From Spirochaetia bacterium (GTDB lineage: Bacteria > Spirochaetota > Spirochaetia > UBA9216): a stretch of DNA of 64,000 nucleotides. Under the pieces are notes generated by a model. That model made no database searches and was not told the DNA's origin. It saw nothing but the letters and a program-made list of their open reading frames with translations. The translations under genes and the position numbers were made by a program. The stretch is taken from assembly GCA_963677925.2 (NCBI GenBank), contig CAXXYH010000003.1, forward strand, positions 1,216,001 through 1,280,000, written 5' to 3'. Shown piece by piece: positions 50,547-60,170 of this stretch; positions within the stretch are counted from its first letter, which is position 1, and each line of letters starts with the position of its first letter.

Positions 50547-50581
50547 AAACGAGTTCACCTTTAGGTGGGCTCGTTTTTTTT
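50547..50581 (+). terminator. Terminator of the tRNA pair
   Basis: AAACGAGTTCACC/GGTGGGCTCGTTT plus T-run. Confidence 0.85.
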
Positions 50582-50590
50582 GTACAAATT

Positions 50591-50713
50591 GGGAAGATTC
50601 GAACCGAGTGCGCGCGCGAAGCGGAAGCGAGGCACGATGCCGAGCGCCAGCGAACGAGGCGGCTTGGCCGAGCCTGCCGGATGCAGGCTACAAACAAGCG
50701 AATCCTCTTGGAC
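50591..50713. repeat. GC-rich tRNA-linked mini-element ending in a 15-bp copy of the tRNA-Arg 3' end
   Basis: CGAATCCTCTTGGAC at 50525-50539 and 50699-50713; begins with an inverted T-arm-like GAAGATTCGAACC. Confidence 0.8.
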
Positions 50714-50855
50714 TGCGTTATGCTATATAGTCTCTCCCTGAAAGCAGCACAGAGACGAAGTCGAGGTACCGTAAAAAATACCGAAGTGACCGTAAGGTTG
50801 CCGTGAGAACTGCTTTTAGTTATTCAGAGCTTTAAACAAGAAAGTTCCGCTTTAT

Positions 50856-51842
50856 TTATTCTCTTGCTATAATGGTATAGTTTATCAGATTCTCAGTCAT
50901 CAGAGTTTCTTTAGCTTCTATTGATAATCCACGTGCAATAAAGCCCTGTGATATTTCTCCTATGTCGACAAATGCAGTTTCAATACCATCATACTGACTT
51001 GTTGAAGCTATTACTTTTATAAATTCTGTCCCATAGGGAGCTTCCAGTTCAAAGTTAAAAGGATATGAACCATCCGGTATTTTGTAGATTGTTTCAGAAG
51101 ATATATAATTATTTTCAAAGTACTCATTAGGAAAAATAAGCTGATACTGACCTTCCACATCAATATGATATATTTTTACATAGCAGTTTTTATTGGCTAT
51201 TAAGTTAACAATAAGATTCTCTCCCTCGAAATATACTCCGCCATCCCCCCTGCTTGTCCAACCTTTTAGAACTAATTCATCATCATGCTTTAAAATTCCT
51301 GATATCTCTTTAATTACATTCTTTGCTTTATTATAGTTATCAGGATATAAGGCTATTTTACCTGGAATAACACCCTTAGGGATACTGATTTTAACAGTAT
51401 TTAAAGTAACAGCTGTCCTTATAGAAAGTAAATCCAGATATAACTCAATGTTTTCATCGAAAACATAATACTTCCCGGTTATAAGCGTATCTACACCCTT
51501 CAGTTCTCCAGCTGTAAGTCCAGCTTCATCATCAAACAATCCTGATAATTCAAGGGTTATCTCATCAATGATCTGCTCCATATTATTACGGTTAACGACA
51601 TTAACCGCTGATTCTTCAGTTAAAACAAGTTCAATCCGCTCAGATACATAGGAACTGAATTCAGATCCTATATTTTTATCAGATAGCACAATATTTCCAA
51701 TACCGATTGTTAAATTTTCTTCAACCGGATTGATCAATTTTATTAAAGGGGGATACAGGATTGAATCCATAGAATCTGAAAAAACCAACCCTCCAATAAA
51801 AACAAGATAAATCACTGTCAAAACTTTCTTAGCTAAGCTCAT
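50856..51842 (-). CDS. Exported CsgG/FlgO-like and DUF4384 domain protein
   Basis: Signal-like N-terminus; NRNNMEQIIDEITLELSGL; Y..GE...LIFPN...PYGTEFIKVIAS; AT-rich. Confidence 0.75.
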   Translation of the reverse strand: MSLAKKVLTVIYLVFIGGLVFSDSMDSILYPPLIKLINPVEENLTIGIGNIVLSDKNIGSEFSSYVSERIELVLTEESAVNVVNRNNMEQIIDEITLELSGLFDDEAGLTAGELKGVDTLITGKYYVFDENIELYLDLLSIRTAVTLNTVKISIPKGVIPGKIALYPDNYNKAKNVIKEISGILKHDDELVLKGWTSRGDGGVYFEGENLIVNLIANKNCYVKIYHIDVEGQYQLIFPNEYFENNYISSETIYKIPDGSYPFNFELEAPYGTEFIKVIASTSQYDGIETAFVDIGEISQGFIARGLSIEAKETLMTENLINYTIIARE

Positions 51843-52000
51843 ACTTCCTTCCATAACTATTTAAAATTCCTCTAACTGATTCACTATACCATGACTGACA
51901 GGTATATCAAAAGTCTTTCTTGACGGCTCCTCGAAGATCAAATACCATATTAAAAATTAAAAAATGCTTTTTATTCTTCCAAAGAAGAATGGGGACAGTA

Positions 52001-55000
52001 ATGAAAAAACTAATAATAATTCTTGTAATCATAATATCTGCATGTAGCTGTTCAACACAGAGTGAATTTCAAAATATCGAATACAAAACAACAACTTCAC
52101 AATATTCAGTAATAAACAGACCGGAAAATCCTCCTTCAGATTTTAATCCTGTGATAGAAATTGATCCCGGCGGACATACCAGTGCTGTAAAAAGTATAAC
52201 AGCTTCAAAATCTGGTATCACTATATTTACCGCAGGGCAGGATAGAGCTATCAGACTTTTTGACAAAGAAACAGGCATGCAGCTTAGCAAATTTATATTT
52301 GAACTCAATTCAACTGGAGGGAAAGCTTTTTTAAATTCTATTTCATTATCACCTGATGAAAATTATATTGCGGCCGGAGGCACAACAGCAGGAATCAGAA
52401 TCTTTGATGTCAACTCAGGTAAAATGGTAAAAATAATTTACGGTCCAATGAGCATTATCCATGACTTGAAATACAGTCCGGACGGTAAATATATCGCGGC
52501 TGGTTTTACAGATGGTAACGGAGGCGGGATAGCTGTTTTTTCTGTTTTAGATAATTATCAGAATATTTTTGAAATTAGAACCGATGATAATTACCCTATG
52601 GATATTGAATTTTTTAATAAAAAGAATGAAGTCTTTTTAACTGCAGGATATGTAAGAAAAGGAAGAATTGATCTCATTTCAGTCACTCTTGAAAAAGTCA
52701 TAAAAACGGTCACAACAACCTCAGTAGTACGTGATATAGCAGTAAATGATAATAGCATTGCAGCAGCCTTTCAGGAAAACAGCGTGATCATTTTTTATGA
52801 TTTAAGTTTGAATAAAGTACGGGAATTAAGAAGTGAAATTAAAAATCCATATAAAATACTTTTTACGCCTGATAATAGGTATGTAGTAATTGGTGCTGGT
52901 TCCGGACTTCCCTTTAAGTGCATAAGCTATGAATTGAAAACTCTACAAAAAGTCTCTGAGTTTACCATGCATGAAGGCTCGGTATTATCAATGGCATCAC
53001 TCCCGGATAATACAATATTAAGTGGCGGTGTCGAAGGAAAAATCTTCAATTGGAATCCTGAAACAGGGACTCTGGTTATGGAATTGGGAAAACAGGAACA
53101 ACCAATCAGACGTATATGTACTGACGGTCAGAAAATCTTCTTTGCTTATAACTGGACACGAAACAATTCTGAAATTTCCGAATTTAATTTTTCCGGTTAT
53201 ATAAAACCAGAGAATTTCAATTTTGAAATGGGCGATTTCAGTATACCTCAGGGTTCTTTTCTAAACACGGAAAAGGATGGTCTGAAAATACAAGCAGTTA
53301 ATTCTGCCGAGATTGAACTAACACTTGATAACGGTGAAAAGAAGATTATTTCTCCTGGATACGGATCCCGGGGCTTGGGTATCACAAAAGACAGGTTATT
53401 TGTGATCGGCAGCTGGGAAGGCACGATATCAATCTTTGATTCTGAAGGTAATTTCAGAGCAAAACTCACAGGGCATGATGGTGTAGTATCCGGATTTACA
53501 GAATATAAAGACTACCTTGTCTCCTGCGGTGATGACAGAACTATACGATTCTGGGATCTTGGCATAATTGATGATCTCTCAGCTCTCCCTATGAGTTTTA
53601 TTATAAAAGAAGTTTTTCCCGGAGGCCCGGCAGATAAATCCGGACTTGATGCAGGGGATATAATAATTGCTGTCAATGGTAGAAAATTCAATGATACTAC
53701 TTCGTTTGTAGATTATGTCCGCAACACCAATCAATGCAGTTTTGAAATAAGAAGGGAGAATAGGAATATCACAATTGATGCAGCGAAGGAAGAAAATGAG
53801 ATGTATGCATTCTCACTTGGAACAAATGAATCATCTCTAAAACCTTCAATATCCTTTTATATATCACAGAAAGAAGGAATTGTTGCCTGGACACCTGATG
53901 GAGCATTTGATGGTTCCATGGGAGCCGGCGAAAATATTGGGTTTCATATCAACCAGGGATTGACATATGAATCGGATTGGCTGCCCTTAAGGCAACTGGC
54001 TGATATCTACTATAAACCGGGACTTGTAACGGATTTTTTTAACGGAAATCAAATAACCCCACCGCCATCGATAAAATCACTTAAACTTCCACCTATACTT
54101 ACTGTTCTGAACATTGTAAAAAAAGATGATCTTGCGTTAATCAAGTTAAGATGTGAAGATCGCGGAGGTGATGCAGTAAATATCAAACTCTATAGAAATA
54201 ACAGAATTGTTGAGACTTCAATTGAGACCACCTATTCTGAAAAAATGGTTAAAGAGTTTGAACTGACATCTGAAATGACAGATGGAAAAAATGTATTTCT
54301 TATTTCGGCTGAATCAACAGATACACTAACCTCATTCTCAAATAAAGTTGAATTTATCAACCCCACAACTAATGAGACTAAACCCGAATTATACATATTA
54401 TCTGCCGGAGTAAACACATACTCAGATATTAATTTAAATACCGAAAAACGGGGATTGACCATAAATAAAACCGCGAACAGCCAGGACTCAAATAATGAAA
54501 AAGTAACAAACTACAATTATTTCCCAAGTCTGAACTATTCAGTAAAAGATGCTGAAGATTTTACTGCTGCCTACATGGGTGGGGGGCCGAACAAGTTTTC
54601 CAACACTGCAGTAACTACGCTGATTGATGACAATGCAACAAAAGAAAATATTATTAATAATCTCAATGAACTCTCACAAAAAACGGACTCAAATGACCGT
54701 GTAGTACTGTTTTTTGCGGGACATGGTATAACAGTGGAAAAACAGTATTACTTTGTACCCTATGGAGTAAACACTCTCGAAGAGGTTAAGGAATTCGGAA
54801 TATCCGCTGAAGAAATAACAAACTGCATTGAAAAAATACAGGCTGATGAAATCTTTCTTATTCTTGACACGTGTCAAAGCGGTGCAACCAATGATGAACT
54901 CTCTAAAAGCATTTTCGGATCGTTGCTCCTGTTAGGAGAAAAGACCGGGATTTGGGTTATGGCTTCTTCTACGGAATCAGAAGCTAGCCTTGAAAGCAGT

Positions 55001-55204
55001 CAACTTGAAAATGGTCTATTTACTTACTGCTTAACTGATGTAATCAAGTCAGCCAAAGATCTTCCTTATGGAATTTATTTTCAGGAGGCGGCATTAAAAA
55101 CAAATAAACTCATCAAGGAAAAACTAAAAATTTTCAGTACAAATTCTACGCTTAATCAGACAATCATGTTTACACATGAGATGGATACAATATTTGCTCA
55201 ATGA
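52001..55204 (+). CDS. Lipoprotein with WD40 repeats, PDZ domain and C-terminal caspase-like (peptidase C14) domain
   Basis: Lipobox-like ISAC; GH..DD/WD repeats; GPADKSGLDAGDIIIAVNG; FFAGHG and LDTCQSG catalytic dyad. Confidence 0.88.
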   Translation: MKKLIIILVIIISACSCSTQSEFQNIEYKTTTSQYSVINRPENPPSDFNPVIEIDPGGHTSAVKSITASKSGITIFTAGQDRAIRLFDKETGMQLSKFIFELNSTGGKAFLNSISLSPDENYIAAGGTTAGIRIFDVNSGKMVKIIYGPMSIIHDLKYSPDGKYIAAGFTDGNGGGIAVFSVLDNYQNIFEIRTDDNYPMDIEFFNKKNEVFLTAGYVRKGRIDLISVTLEKVIKTVTTTSVVRDIAVNDNSIAAAFQENSVIIFYDLSLNKVRELRSEIKNPYKILFTPDNRYVVIGAGSGLPFKCISYELKTLQKVSEFTMHEGSVLSMASLPDNTILSGGVEGKIFNWNPETGTLVMELGKQEQPIRRICTDGQKIFFAYNWTRNNSEISEFNFSGYIKPENFNFEMGDFSIPQGSFLNTEKDGLKIQAVNSAEIELTLDNGEKKIISPGYGSRGLGITKDRLFVIGSWEGTISIFDSEGNFRAKLTGHDGVVSGFTEYKDYLVSCGDDRTIRFWDLGIIDDLSALPMSFIIKEVFPGGPADKSGLDAGDIIIAVNGRKFNDTTSFVDYVRNTNQCSFEIRRENRNITIDAAKEENEMYAFSLGTNESSLKPSISFYISQKEGIVAWTPDGAFDGSMGAGENIGFHINQGLTYESDWLPLRQLADIYYKPGLVTDFFNGNQITPPPSIKSLKLPPILTVLNIVKKDDLALIKLRCEDRGGDAVNIKLYRNNRIVETSIETTYSEKMVKEFELTSEMTDGKNVFLISAESTDTLTSFSNKVEFINPTTNETKPELYILSAGVNTYSDINLNTEKRGLTINKTANSQDSNNEKVTNYNYFPSLNYSVKDAEDFTAAYMGGGPNKFSNTAVTTLIDDNATKENIINNLNELSQKTDSNDRVVLFFAGHGITVEKQYYFVPYGVNTLEEVKEFGISAEEITNCIEKIQADEIFLILDTCQSGATNDELSKSIFGSLLLLGEKTGIWVMASSTESEASLESSQLENGLFTYCLTDVIKSAKDLPYGIYFQEAALKTNKLIKEKLKIFSTNSTLNQTIMFTHEMDTIFAQ

Positions 55205-55338
55205 ACCTTTCATAAATAAGCACCGGCACTAAGTAGAAGTTCAGTACTCCCCATTACCTATCGCTTTTCTCCTTAAATTGAATCGGCAGAAACTTTTTCG
55301 GGGTTTTAACAGGCAAACCATCAAACAAGGAGAAAAAT

Positions 55339-56196
55339 ATGAAATCAGTAAAAGTATTAAGCATCATCAGTCTTATTCTTATCACAATAGTTGTGATAAG
55401 CGGATGCGGAGGAGCGCCGGATTCACCGGCAAAAGCAACCGGAGTAATTAACATCACAATCGGCTCTTCGGCCGGACAGGCGGCAAGAAATCTGGACCCG
55501 CTTGACTCCGCAATTGCAAGTGCAAACAGCGACCTCTTTGAGGTTCTTATTTACAACGACAGCACCCTGCTCTCCGCTATCCCGGGGGATGCTGCTGAAA
55601 CAATCAGTCTTTCTGTTAATCCCGGAACCTACACAGTAATGGTAATAGCGGGAACGGGTGCTGAATCAAACGCGCTTTATCTGGGTTCAGGGTATCAGGA
55701 TGCGGTTGAGGTAATAGAAGATACTATTACTGATGTAACAATCACCCTCATGCCGGCAGGGCATGAACTTGTTATCCCTGAAACAGTTAACTGCTCAGAC
55801 ACTTATATCGTCAGTTTCAGCGGCGATACAAACTCAGACCTGCTGGGGATATCCTGGGGAGGCACCGCTATGACAAACAGACCCTACATTGAACTTGGTA
55901 CTGATGCTACAAATATCTACCTCGCATGCAGTGAATCCGGCTCTTCACTATCCGGTTCTGTAGAGCTGACAGCACCGACCGCCGAAGGCTCACTGGAAAT
56001 AAGATTCTACGGCAGCAGAATAAGACTGACTGATGCCGCATACCTGATTGAGAGCGATCTGGTTGATTTCGGAAGCATCAACTGGATGTGGGTGGGTGAA
56101 ACCGTTGTTCCGGACAGTCTTGCAGCTGAGGCAGCAGGAACAGTTGATTTTGTCTCAACAGGTTCCGGCGTCGGAGTAACTGTAAACTGGTATTAA
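55339..56196 (+). CDS. Hypothetical beta-rich lipoprotein
   Basis: AAGGAG RBS; signal peptide with ISGC lipobox; acidic, beta-rich. Confidence 0.75.
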   Translation: MKSVKVLSIISLILITIVVISGCGGAPDSPAKATGVINITIGSSAGQAARNLDPLDSAIASANSDLFEVLIYNDSTLLSAIPGDAAETISLSVNPGTYTVMVIAGTGAESNALYLGSGYQDAVEVIEDTITDVTITLMPAGHELVIPETVNCSDTYIVSFSGDTNSDLLGISWGGTAMTNRPYIELGTDATNIYLACSESGSSLSGSVELTAPTAEGSLEIRFYGSRIRLTDAAYLIESDLVDFGSINWMWVGETVVPDSLAAEAAGTVDFVSTGSGVGVTVNWY

Positions 56197-56204
56197 ACTA
56201 AATC

Positions 56205-56245
56205 CTCCCGGGATAAGCCTGGCAGAGTTTATCCCGGAGTTTTTT
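56205..56245 (+). terminator. Intrinsic terminator
   Basis: CCGGGATAA/TTATCCCGG plus T-run. Confidence 0.75.
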
Positions 56246-56384
56246 ATCCAATAATTGAATAAGAATTGAGATTTCTGTCATTACAAAAGAATAAAAAAAA
56301 CACCGTTCATCTTTTTTTAATTTCTAAAATAGATAAACTCCTGCTTATGACAAAAGAATTTAAACTTTTCCGATGCAAAAAACA

Positions 56385-56975
56385 CTAATCATCCAGCGGT
56401 TCCAGCTCTTCAATCAGCGCATCACCGTTATCAATTTCATTCATAAACCACTCTTTCATCTCACGGAAGCGGATTTCACGCAGCTGGTCATTTTTTGATG
56501 AAAGGCTGCATCCAAGCAGTTCATCAAAGTATTTTACAAGACCCGGATGCGGTCCTGCCTCGGGCCGTATCCGCCTAAGCTCGTCCACGGCCTTCTGCTC
56601 ATCATTATGGATAAGATACAGGTAGCCAAGGGCTATAGCCGCCGATCTGGAGACTCCACGCCAGCAGTGAATTACGTAGCCGCTTGCGCTGTCCTTTGTT
56701 TTATTGAAATATCTGATTGCCCTTCTTGCATCACGCTTCTGAGGTATCCGCTTTGGCCGCATAGTACCCAGATGTTCTTTTTTCAGAACATCAAAGAACT
56801 CAAGTCTGAGTATTGATTTGAAAGTCTTTTTGAATATCTCAGGTACTATAGTGTCCACACTATGCCGGAAAAATTTTCCCGGATTACCTATTGAGACAAG
56901 ATGGGTTTCAAGAGGCTCTCCCTTTTCGATCAGCTCAATAAGCTCTGTCTGTCCGTAAATCTGTATCTTCATCAT
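56385..56975 (-). CDS. PTP/dual-specificity phosphatase-like protein
   Basis: HCWRGVSRS (CX5R) motif, LEFFD loop and RPEAGPH. Confidence 0.85.
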   Translation of the reverse strand: MMKIQIYGQTELIELIEKGEPLETHLVSIGNPGKFFRHSVDTIVPEIFKKTFKSILRLEFFDVLKKEHLGTMRPKRIPQKRDARRAIRYFNKTKDSASGYVIHCWRGVSRSAAIALGYLYLIHNDEQKAVDELRRIRPEAGPHPGLVKYFDELLGCSLSSKNDQLREIRFREMKEWFMNEIDNGDALIEELEPLDD

Positions 56976-57037
56976 TTATCACTATTATAGCCCTGGAGAC
57001 GATGAATTACATGCAGGTTTTTCTTTCCGCCCTAAAA

Positions 57038-57361
57038 TCAGGATTTTCTGTAAACAAGTAATGAGGCTGTGCCTGTACCCTTAGTGAATACTATTGTGAA
57101 ACTGTATACGGGTAATGTTTTCTCTGTGAAATCAAGCTCATCTATTTCTACCGCTTCATCAGCAATTGTAACCCTTGCACTCACGGGAACTGCTTCCTCT
57201 GCAGGTTTAATCACCGTTTCAGGAAAATTAGCAGCAATTTCAAGAGACATTCCCTCAACTTCAGTTCTGTAAAGATCTCCGGTTATAAGTTTATCTTCAA
57301 TAACCGAAACAGCCTCGTCATATCCTGTCAGGACGTATTCGTTTTCTTTTTCCATTCCCAT
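57038..57361 (-). CDS. Hypothetical protein
   Basis: 107-aa ORF, no motif recognised. Confidence 0.5.
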   Translation of the reverse strand: MGMEKENEYVLTGYDEAVSVIEDKLITGDLYRTEVEGMSLEIAANFPETVIKPAEEAVPVSARVTIADEAVEIDELDFTEKTLPVYSFTIVFTKGTGTASLLVYRKS

Positions 57362-57418
57362 AAGCTTAATTATAATTATTTTTTATTCTGAATCAAAAAA
57401 TCTTGATATTTTCCATCT

Positions 57419-57461
57419 TAGTGTTACAATTACACATATAGATAGTGTTTATTCAACACTA
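57419..57461. promoter_or_regulatory. Tandem GT-N7-AC palindromes (NrtR-like operators)
   Basis: TAGTGT-TACAATT-ACACAT (57419-57437) and TAGTGT-TTATTCA-ACACTA (57443-57461). Confidence 0.6.
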
Positions 57462-57488
57462 ATATTTAGGTAATTAAGGAAACAGCTG

Positions 57489-59417
57489 ATGATTGGAGCA
57501 GTAATAGGTTCACCCTATGAGGTTAAATCAACCAAAGATAAGAGCTTTCCCCTGATAACTATTTTTTCGAATATTACTGATGATACAGTTATGACCTGCG
57601 CCGCGGCCCTGACACTCCTGAACAGGGGACTTGATGCTGAGGCTGATGATTTTGCTGATTCGTTCCGTAAACTCGGTAATAAGTATCCCGGTGCCGGTTA
57701 TGGGGGTAATTTCAGGCGATGGCTGCAGAAACCCGATGCTCCTGCGTATAATTCATGGGGCAACGGTTCCGCTATGAGGGTCAGCCCTATCGGATGGATT
57801 GGGGAGGATGAAAAAACGGTTCTGATACTTGCCGAAGCCTCTGCAGCCTGTACTCATAACCATCCTGACGGAATAAAAGGCGCTCAGGCTTCAGCCCTGG
57901 CCGTTTTTATGGCCAGAAAAGGAAAATCAAAGGCAGAAATCAGGGGTCGTCTCACAGAACTTTTCGGATATGACCTGAATAGAAAAACAGATGACATAAG
58001 AGAAAATTATACTTTCCAGGTCAGCTGCATGGAATCAGTACCGGAAGCTATCATTGCATTTCTTGATTCAGACAGCTTTGAAGATGCCCTGCGTAATGCT
58101 GTTTCGCTTGGAGGCGATTCCGATACCCAGGCGGCAATCTGCTGCTCGATCGCCGAAGCCTTCTACGGGGAAATCCCTGAAAAAATATTAGCAATGGTTC
58201 TTCCCCGCATTCCGCATGATCTGCTCTCTATTGTTCACAGCTTCTCGCAGAGCTGTCTTCCTGAATCATCTGTAAAGGCTGTTAGAAATGAAATGAAATA
58301 CAGATCAGGAAATAACATGGATGGAATCTTTAAGCAGCCCGGCCGCTACAGCATTCTGCTTCACTCAAAAACGCAGAATAATCTACAGGACTACATGGAT
58401 TCATTAAAAGACGGAACCGCTGCTCCCGGAAGACGGCTGCAGCAACAGCTTGAAGGGTTTCAGGTCGCAAAAGAAAAATGGGAGTTTATGCTTCAGTGCC
58501 TGTTGAACAGCAAGCAGCCGCGTATTTACGCAGAAAGCGAACTCAGAGGCGACGGCAGCGACTGGAATAATGAGGAACTTAAAATACTCGGCGGTATATC
58601 TGTTGCCGTTCCCGTAAGCGTTTTTGACGATGGCAGACACTATGCACCTGAAATCCATACAGAACCCTTTGAAGCCTGTCTTATTTATACTCCGGGAGTA
58701 CTGCGAAGAAACGACACCGGCGATCCCCCCGTAGACCGGGACATTATATCTGACGGCAGTATAAATCAGGATTTATTCACCGAACTCTATGAAATAAAGC
58801 TGCTCCCGGCATTTAAATACGCCAGTGCAGTTTCCCTGAAAAAGAACAAAAAGGCCATAGTAACAGTGCCGGGAATAGGCTGCGGGCAGTTCGCCGGCCG
58901 GTATAAACACAATGCCCCCTACTATCTCAAAACCGCACTTGAAAGCATCCTTGAGAAACATTGTGAAAGTCTCAGGGGAATAGCCCTTGTATATTATCAT
59001 CCCTACAGTGAATGCTCTGATGATGAAAAAACATTCGGCAGTCTTACAATGAAGACCCGTCCGCTAAGAAAAACCTCGCGCCCGCTTTCCCAGCTATTCA
59101 GACCACAAGCCTACGCCGAGAACGGGGATGATTATTCAGGACATGAACTTTACAGCATAGTAGCCTGGGATCATGTCTCATGGCCCGGGAATGATTTTTA
59201 TACAGGAAACAGGGCAACAGACGACGGGGTGAAGGCTGCGGCAACCGATTCAATGTTCAGAATTACCGGGATACGGGGTTTTTATGATTCTGATACAAAC
59301 AGATACCTGCCCCCGAAAGGATATGAAAACTGGGAAAGCGCGGTGCTTCAGAACCGTCTGGAACTCAGGGCATCGGGGAATGTTATTCTTACCGGAGATG
59401 ATACGCTGTGGAAGTGA
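57489..59417 (+). CDS. ADP-ribosylglycohydrolase (DraG/ARH family) fused to a macrodomain-like C-terminal domain
   Basis: TDDT, GNGSAMR, THNHP and GGDSDT; C-terminal VPGIGCGQFAG glycine loop. Confidence 0.8.
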   Translation: MIGAVIGSPYEVKSTKDKSFPLITIFSNITDDTVMTCAAALTLLNRGLDAEADDFADSFRKLGNKYPGAGYGGNFRRWLQKPDAPAYNSWGNGSAMRVSPIGWIGEDEKTVLILAEASAACTHNHPDGIKGAQASALAVFMARKGKSKAEIRGRLTELFGYDLNRKTDDIRENYTFQVSCMESVPEAIIAFLDSDSFEDALRNAVSLGGDSDTQAAICCSIAEAFYGEIPEKILAMVLPRIPHDLLSIVHSFSQSCLPESSVKAVRNEMKYRSGNNMDGIFKQPGRYSILLHSKTQNNLQDYMDSLKDGTAAPGRRLQQQLEGFQVAKEKWEFMLQCLLNSKQPRIYAESELRGDGSDWNNEELKILGGISVAVPVSVFDDGRHYAPEIHTEPFEACLIYTPGVLRRNDTGDPPVDRDIISDGSINQDLFTELYEIKLLPAFKYASAVSLKKNKKAIVTVPGIGCGQFAGRYKHNAPYYLKTALESILEKHCESLRGIALVYYHPYSECSDDEKTFGSLTMKTRPLRKTSRPLSQLFRPQAYAENGDDYSGHELYSIVAWDHVSWPGNDFYTGNRATDDGVKAAATDSMFRITGIRGFYDSDTNRYLPPKGYENWESAVLQNRLELRASGNVILTGDDTLWK

Positions 59418-59424
59418 GTAAATA

Positions 59425-60147
59425 ATGAATAGTCTAAGAGTAATAGATAATGCTGCCGTCTATCGTGGGGATCTCCAGGATAATTCAGTACACAGCCATC
59501 ACGCCATGCAGATCATCATTTCGCCTGAGGGTGAAGCAGAACTTCTGATAAACAATCGTTTAATCAAATATGAATCAATTATAATAAATCATGATATTCC
59601 GCATGCCGTTAAGAATACATCAAAAAATCTTGTTATCATTTTGTTTGAACCGCTTCTCGATAGTTTATTTAAACTTTCTCTGGATGCTGACTATGAAATA
59701 CTCAATCAGAACTTACAGGCAACATTGCTGGATGTTATTTCAGGAAGAATTGATAAAAATATCATTAAACTTGTTTTCAAAGAAAAAAGCAGGATTAAAT
59801 TAGACCCGCGAATCCAATTTATAATCAATCATGTAGAGAGAGAGGAAAACTGCATTCATGATCTCACCTACTACGAAGATAAACTTAGCCTGTCAAAAAG
59901 CAGAATCTCGCACCTCTTCACCGGAGAAATCGGCATACCTCTAAAACAGTACATTTTATGGAAAAAGCTTCTCTTTGCCATTGACTCAATCCGTTCAGTC
60001 TCAGATTTAAGCCAAATTGCGATTGACTGCGGATTTTCTGATCTGTCTCATTTAAGCCGTACCTTTAAAAAGATGTTCGGCCACACAACCTCGTCAATAT
60101 TTAAAAACAGCAGTTCCGTTCAAGTCAATTTTTCAGATTCCCTGTAA
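59425..60147 (+). CDS. AraC family transcriptional regulator
   Basis: HSHHAMQ cupin; SRISHLF and GFSDLSHLSRTFKKMFG. Confidence 0.9.
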   Translation: MNSLRVIDNAAVYRGDLQDNSVHSHHAMQIIISPEGEAELLINNRLIKYESIIINHDIPHAVKNTSKNLVIILFEPLLDSLFKLSLDADYEILNQNLQATLLDVISGRIDKNIIKLVFKEKSRIKLDPRIQFIINHVEREENCIHDLTYYEDKLSLSKSRISHLFTGEIGIPLKQYILWKKLLFAIDSIRSVSDLSQIAIDCGFSDLSHLSRTFKKMFGHTTSSIFKNSSSVQVNFSDSL

Positions 60148-60170
60148 TTTATATTTCATAGGAGAACATT

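Noticed and set aside
50365-50806. ORFs 50365-50697 (-) and 50534-50806 (+)
   Set aside because: Shadow frames over the tRNAs, terminator and GC-rich element
55310-55338. GGCAAACCA resembling the start of a c-di-GMP-I riboswitch
   Set aside because: No GAAA tetraloop stem, GACGCAAA or P3 follows; it runs straight into the RBS
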